Source of the DNA: an uncultured Acidobacteriota bacterium | Lineage (GTDB): Bacteria > Acidobacteriota > Blastocatellia > RBC074 | Assembly: GCA_963796275.1 (NCBI GenBank) | Contig: CAWCKY010000007.1 | Coordinates: 640,001-704,000, forward strand | DNA length: 64,000 nucleotides | Direction: 5' to 3' | Notes under the pieces: model-generated | Database searches by the model: none | What the model was told of the DNA's origin: nothing | The model's input: only the letters and a program-made list of their open reading frames with translations | Shown: piece after piece, positions 63,466 through 64,000 of the stretch | Layout of the letters: every line of letters starts with the position of its first letter | How positions within the stretch are numbered: the first letter of the stretch is position 1 | Translations under genes and position numbers: made by a program

Positions 63466-63999
63466 TCACTGTATGATCACGCTAACCGCATTAGCCTGAC
63501 TTCCATCGACAGTCAACATGACATTCACCGCGCCGCTTCCGGCGAGGCTTTGTGGTAAGACAATGTTGGTCTGGTCGACTCCCATCAGACCAGTCGCACC
63601 GGCAAAAGTCACCGGACAGCTCACCCCTCCGATGGTGGCTATCGGCAGATCGTTGCGGAACCGAATTCCGGTTCCATAAAGACCCAATATGACTTGATCG
63701 GTCGAGGGACCCAGATTGATCGGGATGGCGACGACTCTACCCAACGCCGGATCGAAACGGGATATCTGCTCGTAAACGCTCGTACCGTTAGCTCTGATTC
63801 GAAATACGAATCCATACGGTATGCCGTTGACGTTGCCATCGAGGGTATAAAGCGCGGGCGCCACCGATTGAATTTCGATCGGCATCGTAAGCAAGCCGTT
63901 GGTGCCGTTCCTGAACGTGATAGTTGCGGTTCCGGGACGTGTCCCGGATGGGATTTGAAAGTTGACCTGACCCGGAGAAACATACGAGAGAGGCGCCAG
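63466..63999 (-). CDS. 3' part of a TIGR03437-type (Acidobacteria C-terminal Ig-like domain) protein; continues beyond the window
   Basis: APLSYVSPGQVNFQIP, LYGTGIR, GVDQTNIVLP, ANAVSV; frame open to the window edge. Confidence 0.85.
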   Translation of the reverse strand: MAPLSYVSPGQVNFQIPSGTRPGTATITFRNGTNGLLTMPIEIQSVAPALYTLDGNVNGIPYGFVFRIRANGTSVYEQISRFDPALGRVVAIPINLGPSTDQVILGLYGTGIRFRNDLPIATIGGVSCPVTFAGATGLMGVDQTNIVLPQSLAGSGAVNVMLTVDGSQANAVSVIIQ

Positions 64000-64000
64000 G

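Overview
A 64-kb stretch of a bacterial chromosome, most likely Acidobacteriota, probably Blastocatellia-like. This is inferred from the Oar-type TonB-dependent receptors, a TIGR03437-type protein, an ECF-sigma/Ser-Thr kinase pair and MacB-type permeases. Core genes are two divergent complex II operons (sdhCAB and frdABCD), acnA, xylA, trmL, split pntAa/pntAb/pntB and tRNA-Gly(GCC). The region from about 16.6 to 38 kb is accessory: small genes, pseudogene remnants, REP/MITE-like elements and decayed attC-like sites. The most notable items are: (1) an IS200/IS605-type OMEGA element whose iscB has an in-frame deletion of the bridge helix, RuvC-II and HNH but keeps an apparently intact omega-RNA, and sits at the start codon of a host gene; (2) a divergent pair of paralogous small proteins next to tRNA-Gly, with a GATC/GGA-rich spacer and a three-way-junction RNA; (3) a small orphan gene with a predicted structured leader of about 435 nt; (4) a rearranged ECF/kinase locus. 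The frameshifts in sdhA and one TonB-dependent receptor look like single-base insertion errors from sequencing. All annotations come from motif recognition by eye; no searches were run.
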